A stretch of 64,000 nucleotides of DNA. It comes from a virus (taxonomy: Duplodnaviria; Caudoviricetes). Position numbers and translations under genes: made by a program. Location: IMG/VR virus record IMGVR_UViG_3300027759_000085, positions 1,452 through 65,451 of that record; one strand, 5' to 3'. The notes below the pieces were generated by a model. It saw only the letters and a list, made by a program, of their open reading frames with translations, was not told the origin of the DNA and made no database searches. Shown here piece by piece: positions 1-8,230 of the stretch. Every line of letters starts with the position of its first letter. Position 1 is the first letter of the stretch.

Positions 1-125
1 TTGGCTAGATGTATCATCCTGCTCTCCGAAAACTTAGTTTGGATATGTGAGTTGATGTCTATCTGACCTATCTCTAAGGAGCAAAGTATAAGAGCTATAA
101 ATATTATTATCTTTTTTATAACCAT
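1..125 (-). CDS. partial hypothetical protein with N-terminal hydrophobic stretch (runs off window)
   Basis: Manual translation MVIKKIIIFIALILCSLEIG..., open to base 1; continues the minus-strand operon. Confidence 0.5.
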   Translation of the reverse strand, partial: MVIKKIIIFIALILCSLEIGQIDINSHIQTKFSESRMIHLA

Positions 126-132
126 ATATAGT

Positions 133-300
133 TTATTTTATTGATCTGAATTCGTAAATAAATTTGTTTAGTAATAGGCTGAACATGGTTATAACCATTG
201 CTCCAGACAGATAAGGAGATGATAGTTCTTCTCCATACGATACGGTAGCCATTACAAGCAACACCAATGTAATCATTAAATACCTTTGTAGTTCCTTCAT
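133..300 (-). CDS. small membrane protein (55 aa), not in ORF track
   Basis: MKELQRYLMITLVLLVMATV...; ATGA overlap with the 297..530 stop; two hydrophobic segments. Confidence 0.6.
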   Translation of the reverse strand: MKELQRYLMITLVLLVMATVSYGEELSSPYLSGAMVITMFSLLLNKFIYEFRSIK

Positions 301-530
301 CCTCTGTTTATTTTAAAATCGTTAAATAAGACCTTAGGAGCTACCATTTTAATCTCCATGCGTGAATAATACTCGCTAATAAAATCCATTGCCGTATGCC
401 TATCTATATCAGCTACAGAGCATAATACATTTATTGCTAGTCTGTACTTGCTTTCAGAAGATACTAACTTACTGAAACCTTTGATGCTTTGTGCATACCT
501 GACTAGCTCCTCATATCTGATCTGATCCAT
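297..530 (-). CDS. hypothetical early protein
   Basis: Tightly packed ORF in minus-strand operon. Confidence 0.65.
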   Translation of the reverse strand: MDQIRYEELVRYAQSIKGFSKLVSSESKYRLAINVLCSVADIDRHTAMDFISEYYSRMEIKMVAPKVLFNDFKINRG

Positions 531-705
531 AATAATCTTCTATAACCGAGTTTAATGAATTAGTATCTGTTATGCCAAATTCCTCCTTGATAGACTTGAA
601 TAGCTTGGCTATAAAACGCTTTTCTCTTTGGTCACCACTGCTAAAATACATTGAAGACATCCATCCTATGGTATAATACAATGCTCCACTTTCATCCTTT
701 TCCAT
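511..705 (-). CDS. hypothetical early protein
   Basis: Packed ORF with TAAGATCATG leader. Confidence 0.6.
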   Translation of the reverse strand: MEKDESGALYYTIGWMSSMYFSSGDQREKRFIAKLFKSIKEEFGITDTNSLNSVIEDYYGSDQI

Positions 706-709
706 GATC

Positions 710-901
710 TTAATTGCTTAGTATGTTGATTAATAATAATGAACCGATAATTACTACGTATGTAAGCAAGATGATTAATACTGCTACTGTAGGTAGTGTA
801 TTCTTTTCTTTGCTCACCTCACATGGGTATAATATACACCCATCTGGATATGCCGTGTGGCTTATTTTTATGCTAGTCTTCATCTTATTCTCTATTTTCA
901 T
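710..901 (-). CDS. small protein with C-terminal TM helix
   Basis: Likely start MKIENK at 901; hydrophobic C-terminus. Confidence 0.5.
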   Translation of the reverse strand: MKIENKMKTSIKISHTAYPDGCILYPCEVSKEKNTLPTVAVLIILLTYVVIIGSLLLINILSN

Positions 902-1211
902 CCCATCCACAATTAATACACGATATGTCTCCAGAAGAGTTTTTAATAATATTTTTAGAACCACAATTATCGCAAGATGGTTCTTCTATTAATTCAATGT
1001 TTCGCCAATCACACTCATCACTGATGGCATAAAATATCTTTTCTATTGTGGCTTCATTGTTCAATGCCGTGTCAAGAACATTATACGCTTGTTCATCTGT
1101 ACATTCGTAACGATCTGTTACATCTTGAATAGTCCATAAATTACCTACACAATAACCATATTGCTTCAAGATGGCTTTTGCTTGTTCGATTTCTGTTAGT
1201 TGATTTTCCAT
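885..1211 (-). CDS. hypothetical protein with C-terminal Zn ribbon
   Basis: CDNC...CINC pair. Confidence 0.7.
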   Translation of the reverse strand: MENQLTEIEQAKAILKQYGYCVGNLWTIQDVTDRYECTDEQAYNVLDTALNNEATIEKIFYAISDECDWRNIELIEEPSCDNCGSKNIIKNSSGDISCINCGWDENRE

Positions 1212-1215
1212 GATT

Positions 1216-1416
1216 TTATTTGTCTTTATGATCTTTTATAATTAATTCTTTAAGATTAGATAGTTTTTCTTTGATCCTTGCAGTTGCATCTGATACACAA
1301 ATTCGCTCGTATGCATCTTCGTTCTGCAAATATATGTCTATATCTAGACTAATTACCAATGTGCTCATCTCATCTATTAGCTTTAGTTTTTCTTCCATTT
1401 GTTTAAGTTTACTCAT
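1216..1416 (-). CDS. hypothetical coiled-coil protein
   Basis: Packed ORF. Confidence 0.6.
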   Translation of the reverse strand: MSKLKQMEEKLKLIDEMSTLVISLDIDIYLQNEDAYERICVSDATARIKEKLSNLKELIIKDHKDK

Positions 1417-1627
1417 TAAATAAATCTGTTGATTCTATAACTACAGATACACAAGCAGTCCATACATACCAATCATTATCACCATCTACTTCTAGTATAT
1501 CATTATAAGAATTTATTGCCGATTGTTTTGGATCAGGTGATTCACCTTCTCTGTAAGTCATCCAATAGTCTTCAAACTTATCGGGTTCTGTTCTGTGTTT
1601 TAGCGTAACTGCTACGATGTAATCCAT
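1409..1627 (-). CDS. hypothetical acidic early protein
   Basis: Start reassigned to MDYIV (AAAAACATG leader). Confidence 0.6.
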   Translation of the reverse strand: MDYIVAVTLKHRTEPDKFEDYWMTYREGESPDPKQSAINSYNDILEVDGDNDWYVWTACVSVVIESTDLFNE

Positions 1628-1643
1628 GTTTTTAGGTTTAAGG

Positions 1644-1823
1644 TTAATAATTAAGATCGGGAAAATCACACGGGTCTGATATAAGACCACAGTCTGGACA
1701 TTCTATCTTGTCTAAGTTTACTTCTACTTCGTGCAATACTACTGAACCACAGTCACCACACGTTACAATGTTAATTCCAGATGATTTTATAATCTCTTGT
1801 TGTAATTCTAATTGTGTTTTCAT
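1644..1823 (-). CDS. small Zn-ribbon protein
   Basis: CGDC...CPDC; start at MKTQLE just after the upstream stop. Confidence 0.7.
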   Translation of the reverse strand: MKTQLELQQEIIKSSGINIVTCGDCGSVVLHEVEVNLDKIECPDCGLISDPCDFPDLNY

Positions 1824-1824
1824 A

Positions 1825-2124
1825 TTATTTCTTTTTAAATTGTTCAAACCATTCTGGTATATCAGCTAATACAAAATCAGAATACTCAATTAAAGTTGCT
1901 TCTATTATCTGTTTAACTTCTTCCTCACTATACATTCTTTTAGCTTGCCATTTAGCACCTTGAATAAAGCCAGTTCTATTTTTAGAATATTTATCTGCTA
2001 ATCCATATATTCTATCAGTAGCTTCTTCAAGTGTTTCTTGCTTAAATTCTTCATACAATCCTAGATTCTCATCATATCTCATCATGTCAATTAGATTTTG
2101 TTTTTGTTCTTCTTTTGGTTTCAT
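1825..2124 (-). CDS. hypothetical protein of the ETLEEA/GAKWQ/MYSEEEV modular phage family
   Basis: Motifs QETLEEA, GAKWQAKRMYSEEEV, EWFEQFKKK, recalled from aquatic Bacteroidota phages. Confidence 0.7.
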   Translation of the reverse strand: MKPKEEQKQNLIDMMRYDENLGLYEEFKQETLEEATDRIYGLADKYSKNRTGFIQGAKWQAKRMYSEEEVKQIIEATLIEYSDFVLADIPEWFEQFKKK

Positions 2125-2140
2125 TTTCTTTTAGTTTAAA

Positions 2141-2359
2141 TTATCTGTAAATACCTGCCCAATTTGAGCCTTGATTAGTTATAAGCACTACTTGAGCCTT
2201 TACTAAACTATCATCCTTTAATTCATTCATAAGGTTTGTTGCTCTATCCAGAGCCTCATCATAATCCTTAGCATAAACAAAGGTAGTATAATCAATGTTA
2301 TTTCCTGCTTTATCCTTGAAGAAAGCTTTATATTTCTTTACTCTGCTAACAAGTCCCAT
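2141..2359 (-). CDS. hypothetical early protein
   Basis: Packed ORF. Confidence 0.55.
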   Translation of the reverse strand: MGLVSRVKKYKAFFKDKAGNNIDYTTFVYAKDYDEALDRATNLMNELKDDSLVKAQVVLITNQGSNWAGIYR

Positions 2360-2622
2360 GATCTTAATTCATTTAGTTTTTTACTATTTAATCCTAATGA
2401 CTTGATAATAAACTTAGCTAGTCTACTGTTAACCTTTGGCTCTGTAACGTCATTAGAGCCTATCTGCTGAACGATCTCTGATGGCTCCATACCTAATACT
2501 CGCTTACAGAATTTAACGTCTTGTCCGAGGTAAAAAGCCTTAGTACCTTGACTGGTAGTTACTTCTAGAGTCCAGTTATGATCAAAGCCATAACTTGAAT
2601 TTATTTTAATTTGTGCTTTCAT
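2338..2622 (-). CDS. hypothetical early protein
   Basis: TAAGAACATG leader; FYLGQDVKFC motif. Confidence 0.75.
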   Translation of the reverse strand: MKAQIKINSSYGFDHNWTLEVTTSQGTKAFYLGQDVKFCKRVLGMEPSEIVQQIGSNDVTEPKVNSRLAKFIIKSLGLNSKKLNELRSWDLLAE

Positions 2623-2626
2623 GTTC

Positions 2627-2722
2627 TTATAAGTTTTGAATTGCAGTTAATATTCCGTTAATTATCCATATTAATGTTACTGTGGCTAGTGGCCATTTGA
2701 TCCATTGTGTTTTAGTTTTCAT
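2627..2722 (-). CDS. 31-aa single-TM microprotein, not in ORF track
   Basis: MKTKTQWIKWPLATVTLIWIINGILTAIQNL; AAAGAACATG leader; its stop is the TAA of the next TAAGAACATG. Confidence 0.6.
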   Translation of the reverse strand: MKTKTQWIKWPLATVTLIWIINGILTAIQNL

Positions 2723-2742
2723 GTTCTTTAATTTTAGTGTGT

Positions 2743-2931
2743 TTAATAATTTATCAATAGTCCAATAGCATATTTTATAAAATGTGATACGTCTTTTCCA
2801 CCAATCAAGTAATTGCCCTCACTATTATAAATATAGGCTCTGAATTTTTCGGTAGTCGTGTTGGTTAATTGAAATTCATTTTCATGCTCAAAAATGAAGT
2901 CTGTAATTGCTCTTTTAAGTTCTGTTCTCAT
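2743..2931 (-). CDS. hypothetical early protein
   Basis: Start reassigned to MRTELK (TAAGAACATG). Confidence 0.7.
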   Translation of the reverse strand: MRTELKRAITDFIFEHENEFQLTNTTTEKFRAYIYNSEGNYLIGGKDVSHFIKYAIGLLINY

Positions 2932-2935
2932 GTTC

Positions 2936-3049
2936 TTAGTTTTTTTTACGGTTAATAATGTACTGTGCAATAGACCCAACTATCATTGCTGGTGCTATAA
3001 TGGCAGTAAAGATTACTGCGATGCTGATAAGATACTCTGTGTTTTCCAT
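2936..3049 (-). CDS. 37-aa single-TM microprotein, not in ORF track
   Basis: MENTEYLISIAVIFTAIIAPAMIVGSIAQYIINRKKN; its stop is the TAA of TAAGAACATG. Confidence 0.6.
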   Translation of the reverse strand: MENTEYLISIAVIFTAIIAPAMIVGSIAQYIINRKKN

Positions 3050-3064
3050 GTTTGATTTAAATTA

Positions 3065-3085
3065 ATGGGAGTTATTAGCTCCCAT
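3065..3085 (-). terminator. intergenic hairpin (terminator or processing site)
   Basis: ATGGGAGTT-ATT-AGCTCCCAT inverted repeat. Confidence 0.4.
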
Positions 3086-3099
3086 ATAAGTGTGAATGA

Positions 3100-3465
3100 T
3101 TATAAGTCTATTGCTTCGCCTAAGTTACAGTCATAATAAGCTAACTGCTCATTATCTCGAGCGTATAAGATAGCTTCTGATCTGCTCTCTATATGAATAG
3201 ATACATCTAATACTAGATCATTACCATCGACCCATGCACCTAAAAAAAGCTCCTGATTTTCACCTGATATAATCAAGTCTGCTTTTATCTTTATGTAATC
3301 AGCAATAGTATACTGCAGATTGTTTGGATTATACTCTGATCTAGATTCATGATCTCTGATCGAAACCATAAAACCATAGTCAGGATTAAATTCACCCGTC
3401 AATAGATTGTAACTTGCACCACCAGTATTGATGATTGCATTTTTGAAATTGATTAAATTGCTCAT
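3100..3465 (-). CDS. conserved phage early protein of unknown function
   Basis: GGASY..GFMVS..LGAW..LDVS..EQLAYYD pattern; TAAGAACATG leader. Confidence 0.75.
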   Translation of the reverse strand: MSNLINFKNAIINTGGASYNLLTGEFNPDYGFMVSIRDHESRSEYNPNNLQYTIADYIKIKADLIISGENQELFLGAWVDGNDLVLDVSIHIESRSEAILYARDNEQLAYYDCNLGEAIDL

Positions 3466-3476
3466 GTTCTTAAGGT

Positions 3477-3719
3477 TTAAAAATTAGTGACTAATAAATG
3501 ATTAATATTGATTTGACTTTTAGTTTCAGTGAAATTTATATGGACTTTAAAGTCATTATTTTTCTTGCTGAATTTAGTGTATAGCCTACACTGTAATGCA
3601 TTGATCACCTCATGCTTATCTTTGTTATGAAATAAACAAAGTGAAATAAAACTTGACTGCTTGCACAAGTCTGCATTGAATAAGTTAACGGCAATATGGT
3701 ATTTTCTGCTCTTTGTCAT
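3477..3719 (-). CDS. hypothetical early protein
   Basis: Packed ORF. Confidence 0.55.
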   Translation of the reverse strand: MTKSRKYHIAVNLFNADLCKQSSFISLCLFHNKDKHEVINALQCRLYTKFSKKNNDFKVHINFTETKSQININHLLVTNF

Positions 3720-3754
3720 AAGATTAAAGATTAAATTGTTTATGATTTGATTAA

Positions 3755-4333
3755 TTAAAAATTACTTTGTACGCTAGCCCATATAATAGCCTGATACTCG
3801 AAGCCCTTAAGCCCTAATTTCTTTGCTTTGCTTATTGTAAGGCGTTCTAACTGATCGTATGCTAAATGGCCTAATGATTGTATGGTTTGATTAAAACAAG
3901 CCCTAATATGCCATACATCTACTGTTATTCGATCTTCATCTAAGCTACCTACATTACATACAAAAGAGTAAGTTTTTCTAGATTCATTAGTAATTTTAAC
4001 AGTACCTAATGCAATAGCAAACGCCTTAAATTTATTGGTGTGAAACGTGCTCACTTTAATATCCGTAGGGCTTAATCCGTTCTTTACTGCATTCAATACA
4101 GTGACCGTATCTTTTAAATTTGTAGCCCATTTATTGCGAGGGCTTAAGGCAGAAACTACAGAGGCAATAACATCTGATCCAATACCGAAAATCTGTTCCT
4201 GATCCTTGCAAAATTGATTTGCATTTTTGTACCAATCAAGCCCGCTTTTGATCTGCTCATTTGTAGCTAGATTAAAGTAATGATCTAGATTTTTAGATAC
4301 TTTTGCTAACTGGTTTTTAGTTAATTTTTTCAT
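3755..4333 (-). CDS. HhH-GPD DNA-glycosylase-like phage protein (DUF7178-like)
   Basis: GLDWY, ALSPRNKW, KTYSF, TVDVWHIRA, QAIIW motifs. Confidence 0.7.
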   Translation of the reverse strand: MKKLTKNQLAKVSKNLDHYFNLATNEQIKSGLDWYKNANQFCKDQEQIFGIGSDVIASVVSALSPRNKWATNLKDTVTVLNAVKNGLSPTDIKVSTFHTNKFKAFAIALGTVKITNESRKTYSFVCNVGSLDEDRITVDVWHIRACFNQTIQSLGHLAYDQLERLTISKAKKLGLKGFEYQAIIWASVQSNF

Positions 4334-4337
4334 GTTC

Positions 4338-4493
4338 TTAATTTTTTAAATAGTTAATAATTAAGGTTTTTAATCTCTTTAAATTGGTTTCTGTAAATTG
4401 CTGGTTTCCGTAGCTTTCCGCTCTATATATATTTTGAATAAAATAAATTCCGAAACCTTTATATTTAGCAAAAAATTTTATGTTTTTTTTCAT
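4338..4493 (-). CDS. 51-aa hypothetical protein, not in ORF track
   Basis: MKKNIKFFAKYKGFGIYF...; starts at a TAAGAACATG and stops in the next one. Confidence 0.65.
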   Translation of the reverse strand: MKKNIKFFAKYKGFGIYFIQNIYRAESYGNQQFTETNLKRLKTLIINYLKN

Positions 4494-4517
4494 GTTCTTA
4501 GATTTAAAGATTAATAA

Positions 4518-4742
4518 TTAATAGCTCCACAAAATTAGATCGTTTAAATTGCACCACCTACGGCAATCATTTTCAATTTTGTGCGTCTCATTACAGTAAG
4601 TAGTTAATTCTGTAGGTTGAAAATCATCTGTTACGTCATAATAACGCAAAGTGATTTTTTTATAATCTGCTGGATCGCTCAAAGCAATACCTAAAACTGT
4701 AGTTTGGCCTGATTTGTCAGTGAATAAAAATACTTTTTTCAT
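4518..4742 (-). CDS. hypothetical early protein
   Basis: ORF immediately downstream of the hammerhead cleavage site. Confidence 0.65.
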   Translation of the reverse strand: MKKVFLFTDKSGQTTVLGIALSDPADYKKITLRYYDVTDDFQPTELTTYCNETHKIENDCRRWCNLNDLILWSY

Positions 4743-4760
4743 GATTGTTTAAATTTTTAT

Positions 4761-4811
4761 GGTTAAGACGCTTCACAGCGTTTCGGATATTTAATCCATC
4801 ATCAGTTAACC
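4761..4811 (-). ncRNA. type I hammerhead ribozyme
   Basis: GGUUAA CUGAUGA U GGAU-uaaau-AUCC GAA ACGC-ugugaa-GCGU C UUAACC: complete catalytic core, three stems, GUC cleavage triplet. Confidence 0.85.
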
Positions 4812-5044
4812 TTAAATTGTATTATACCATTCCAATCAGGATGACTAAATAATTGAGGGCAGAAATAATTATCGAAACCATGCTCTTCTAAATCATCAAT
4901 AAAGTCAGCATATAAATCAGCCTTCATTAAATGTACCGTTCCTTTGTTATAAATCTCTACGTGATAATTAGTTTCCATATCGGCATTCCAGCTACCATTT
5001 ACATAAATTTCAATTAGATTATTCATAATGTTTACTTTTTTCAT
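4802..5044 (-). CDS. hypothetical early protein
   Basis: Its TGA stop is part of the hammerhead CUGAUGA. Confidence 0.65.
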   Translation of the reverse strand: MKKVNIMNNLIEIYVNGSWNADMETNYHVEIYNKGTVHLMKADLYADFIDDLEEHGFDNYFCPQLFSHPDWNGIIQFKVN

Positions 5045-5054
5045 GTTTTTAGGT

Positions 5055-5195
5055 TTAAAGATTAAAATATGTTATTAATTCATTTTCTTGTTTATCAGTT
5101 AACAATAAATTGCCGTCTCTGTATAAACTTAATATTTCTGCATCTGTTGGATTATATCCGTATATTTTTTTATGATTTGCTTTAATTTTTTTCAT
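5055..5195 (-). CDS. 46-aa hypothetical protein, not in ORF track
   Basis: MKKIKANHKKIYGYNPTDAEILSLY...; fills an operon gap. Confidence 0.55.
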   Translation of the reverse strand: MKKIKANHKKIYGYNPTDAEILSLYRDGNLLLTDKQENELITYFNL

Positions 5196-5221
5196 TTTCT
5201 TAGGTTTTTAGGTTTATAGTT

Positions 5222-5455
5222 TTAAATGCAAGTATTTGATAGATCAATATCTATATCTTTATAATTTACAGATAGGTATTTATGTAATTGATTTAAATTT
5301 CTAAATGCTCTGATAGTTTCTTTATCGCTCCAACACGTAGAAAAATGATACTCTTTAATAATGGCAATATAATTACCTTTGAATACTTTGCCTTTGTCTG
5401 CTACCAATAATACATTATCGGTTAGCACGTTTTCTTTTAAAATAAATTGAGTCAT
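5222..5455 (-). CDS. first gene of the early operon, hypothetical
   Basis: TAAGAACATG leader downstream of the promoter. Confidence 0.7.
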   Translation of the reverse strand: MTQFILKENVLTDNVLLVADKGKVFKGNYIAIIKEYHFSTCWSDKETIRAFRNLNQLHKYLSVNYKDIDIDLSNTCI

Positions 5456-5494
5456 GTTCTTAAGTTTTTAAAATTGTTAACTGATTTGATGATA

Positions 5495-5527
5495 CAATAG
5501 TAAGGACAAAGAATAATACAATCCAAA
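5495..5527 (-). promoter_or_regulatory. Bacteroidota sigmaA-type early promoter
   Basis: TTTG (-33), 21-nt spacer, TACTATTG (-7; consensus TAnnTTTG). Confidence 0.6.
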
Positions 5528-5537
5528 TTTATTTGCA

Positions 5538-5619
5538 GTTTATAATGATTCTAAATAAGGAAACTGATTCTGGAGCATGGAAACAAAGATTAAGCACGTA
5601 GTTTATAGAGATTCTAAAT
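5538..5619. promoter_or_regulatory. two Fur-box-like palindromes
   Basis: GTTTATAATGATTCTAAAT (5538-5556) and GTTTATAGAGATTCTAAAT (5601-5619) versus palindrome ATTTAGAATnATTCTAAAT. Confidence 0.5.
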
Positions 5620-5957
5620 AGTGTATATATATAAATGCTCCTCATATAGTAAAGAAACATAAACAGAAAACAATATAATAGATAGTATAAAGAGTATACA
5701 TATATATAAGAGACAAAGCAAAGTAGTAAACTAGATAGGTAAAAAATGAGATAGTAATATAGTTAACTGGTTTTTAGATGCATTCAAGGTACTTAATAAG
5801 CTACGTTTAATGATCATTTGAATAACAAAGGGTAAAAATAAGACTGTTAGACTGTAGTTATTCCATCTTAACAAGCATAAACATACACTAACCAACAAAA
5901 ACACAAACCAGCCTTTAAAGTACATTAAACCAACATAGCCAATACCTTAGTGTATTT

Positions 5958-6227
5958 TACTATAAAACTTAGCAAACTTAAAAACCGTGTTTAAACATAC
6001 GTGAATACACCTTTGCACACGGTGGAGACAAAGACTTAGTGTACTTTGCTAAGGATCTTAGTATATAGGATGCATTACCTTACACGTGTAAAGAAAAAAG
6101 AGATACATATCTGCCAGTATACTATATAACGCAACAGGCAAGAGATCAAAGGATCAGAAGGCATTCCTTTATCTGCTGGATGCTAAGAAAGTTAGCAATC
6201 TGGATGACGATGCTAAGATCGTTAGCA
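5958..6227. repeat. four 17-bp palindromic boxes TGCTAA-N5-TTAGCA
   Basis: Perfect at 6181-6197 and 6211-6227; degenerate at 6047-6063 and 5958-5974. Confidence 0.65.
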
Positions 6228-6559
6228 AGGGTGCTGGGTCTGGTGATTCGGGTTATTGAGGGGTATGGGGGTACTGTATTGTATGGTATAACCCCTAGAG
6301 AACACACTCACATCATCCAGGATGTACCCTATACATTTTACGGTACTAAACCCTATTAAATAAAAGAAAGTGTCTTAGAGAGCTTGTATTTAGGTCCTAT
6401 ATATACAATTAAAAATAACAACATATCTCTTAAGCTCTACACGACTGCTTGTACTCCTATAGTTTATATACTAGATGATTCAATCTATTAAACTAGTGTA
6501 TCTAGGTCAAGTTCTCCTAGTTTTGTGTCGTATTTAAAGAGACGTATGTTGTATTGTAT

Positions 6560-6769
6560 TTAATTGTTAGGTCCTAGGAACCATATTAGATTGTTTAGTT
6601 TATCTATCTCATATATGTAGCAGAGGAAGTCTTTATCTCCTGTAGATTCTTTGAATATGGAGAGCTTTTGTTCTTTTATATCGAAGCAGTAGTCATAGAT
6701 ACCATGGTAGTATAGATCACCACCTAGGTTTCTAAAGTCATTAGCTTCTAGTTGAGCTTGTGTGATCAT
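6560..6769 (-). CDS. hypothetical protein
   Basis: Overlapping start/stop with neighbour. Confidence 0.65.
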   Translation of the reverse strand: MITQAQLEANDFRNLGGDLYYHGIYDYCFDIKEQKLSIFKESTGDKDFLCYIYEIDKLNNLIWFLGPNN

Positions 6770-7116
6770 AGTTGATTAGGTATAGCAGAACGATACCATT
6801 CTTTTTTTATTGCAAGATCTAACATTTCTAATAGCTCACTTACAAGATCATCGGTTAATATTGACCATATTTCCTGGAATTTCTCTTCATCCTTTTTCTT
6901 TAATCTTTTATTATCCCATCTCTTTAAGAACTTATAGAACTTACCAAATATAAAATCATCGTTGTCCCAACATAGATCTTGCTCAGGGTATGAAGGGTCC
7001 TTTAAATTATTGAATTCTATCCATGATCCTGAATCAGAATCAAAATCATAATCATATATTATTCTAACTAACTTAATGTTACCTCTGTTGTTCTCTATTG
7101 CTTCTGTATGTATCAT
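6766..7116 (-). CDS. hypothetical protein
   Basis: Packed ORF. Confidence 0.7.
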   Translation of the reverse strand: MIHTEAIENNRGNIKLVRIIYDYDFDSDSGSWIEFNNLKDPSYPEQDLCWDNDDFIFGKFYKFLKRWDNKRLKKKDEEKFQEIWSILTDDLVSELLEMLDLAIKKEWYRSAIPNQL

Positions 7117-7130
7117 AATGATTTATTTGT

Positions 7131-7577
7131 TTAGTACCACCAGTATCTCATGCCATAAGTCTTTCTGTGCCTGCCTTTTTCTCCAGCTAAGAGCACAAAT
7201 AGTCTTCTCCATTCTTTTTCTTCTAGTTCAGTAGCCTTATCAAATATTTTTGATTCGTGTCCACTTAAGTCAACTAGTCTATATCCACCATTTTCTTCTT
7301 TAAATACAGATGATGATGTAAATTCTAGTTTAAGAGCCACCCTGGCTTTTTCTACATAGTCACCTTCTTCTATGGACTGCATAATGTCTATGGTTTCGTT
7401 TATGTTTTTTGTTATATTTTTATAATGAAACGATTCATTTTTAACATTTTGTTCTATACACTGTTTTAATCCCTGTAGAGACCTTCTAAGAATGATTAAA
7501 GAGAACATATAGTCAAAGTTTCTGTGGTTCCATAGCTCTTTCCTAAAGAACCAGATGTTTTTAATTAAGTTTATCAT
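7131..7577 (-). CDS. conserved phage hypothetical protein
   Basis: KNIWFFRKELW...GMRYWW pattern. Confidence 0.7.
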   Translation of the reverse strand: MINLIKNIWFFRKELWNHRNFDYMFSLIILRRSLQGLKQCIEQNVKNESFHYKNITKNINETIDIMQSIEEGDYVEKARVALKLEFTSSSVFKEENGGYRLVDLSGHESKIFDKATELEEKEWRRLFVLLAGEKGRHRKTYGMRYWWY

Positions 7578-8230
7578 ATTATTTGATTTATTAGTGTCAT
7601 GTCTGTAGCTCCATTGCCGTGTATAAAGACAGGAGTTGTATTAGTTTTTAAGTTTATTAGTCTACCATCCTTGTAATCAAAATCATCATCTGCTATATGT
7701 GAGTAAGATTGAAATAAGATACAATTAAAATCTCTAATAATATGATAATCATAATTATTTCTTAAATATCTTCTAGTAAACCATTCTTGATCGTCATCCT
7801 CGTAATTTGGTGGTGAGCTTTCAAATAAATTAATGAATGAATTCCTATTACTATAATATAATCCAGAATTAATGTATTTCCAATCTCCATGATTATTTGA
7901 TGGGTAGGCTACGGCTAATTCTGCTACTGGCCAACAAGCTTTTTCACAAGAAACTACAATTGATGGAGAAAATGGAAGGTTATCATTAAACTCTTCTGGA
8001 GATCCAAGGACAACCACATCGTGAGCATCTACAAACACAAAGCTTTCTATCTGGGGATTGTTAATTAAAAAACTATGGGTCTGTATTAACTTAGTACCAA
8101 AACCTTTCCACTCTGAATCTATGATATATACTTCCCATCCAAACCTCTCTGCAGACTTAGTTAGTCGTTCAACTCCTGGGTGATTAGGTTTATTAGTTAC
8201 AGTTATTATGGTATTTGTTTTCATAATCAT
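7574..8230 (-). CDS. PLOD/procollagen-type GT-A glycosyltransferase
   Basis: FVDAHDVV (DxD), EKACWP, YINSG, DDQ and HGNG motifs of the PLOD GT domain. Confidence 0.8.
   Translation of the reverse strand: MIMKTNTIITVTNKPNHPGVERLTKSAERFGWEVYIIDSEWKGFGTKLIQTHSFLINNPQIESFVFVDAHDVVVLGSPEEFNDNLPFSPSIVVSCEKACWPVAELAVAYPSNNHGDWKYINSGLYYSNRNSFINLFESSPPNYEDDDQEWFTRRYLRNNYDYHIIRDFNCILFQSYSHIADDDFDYKDGRLINLKTNTTPVFIHGNGATDMTLINQII

Noticed and set aside
5731-5925. 64-aa hydrophobic ORF
   Set aside because: Low-complexity product of a strand-biased non-coding region
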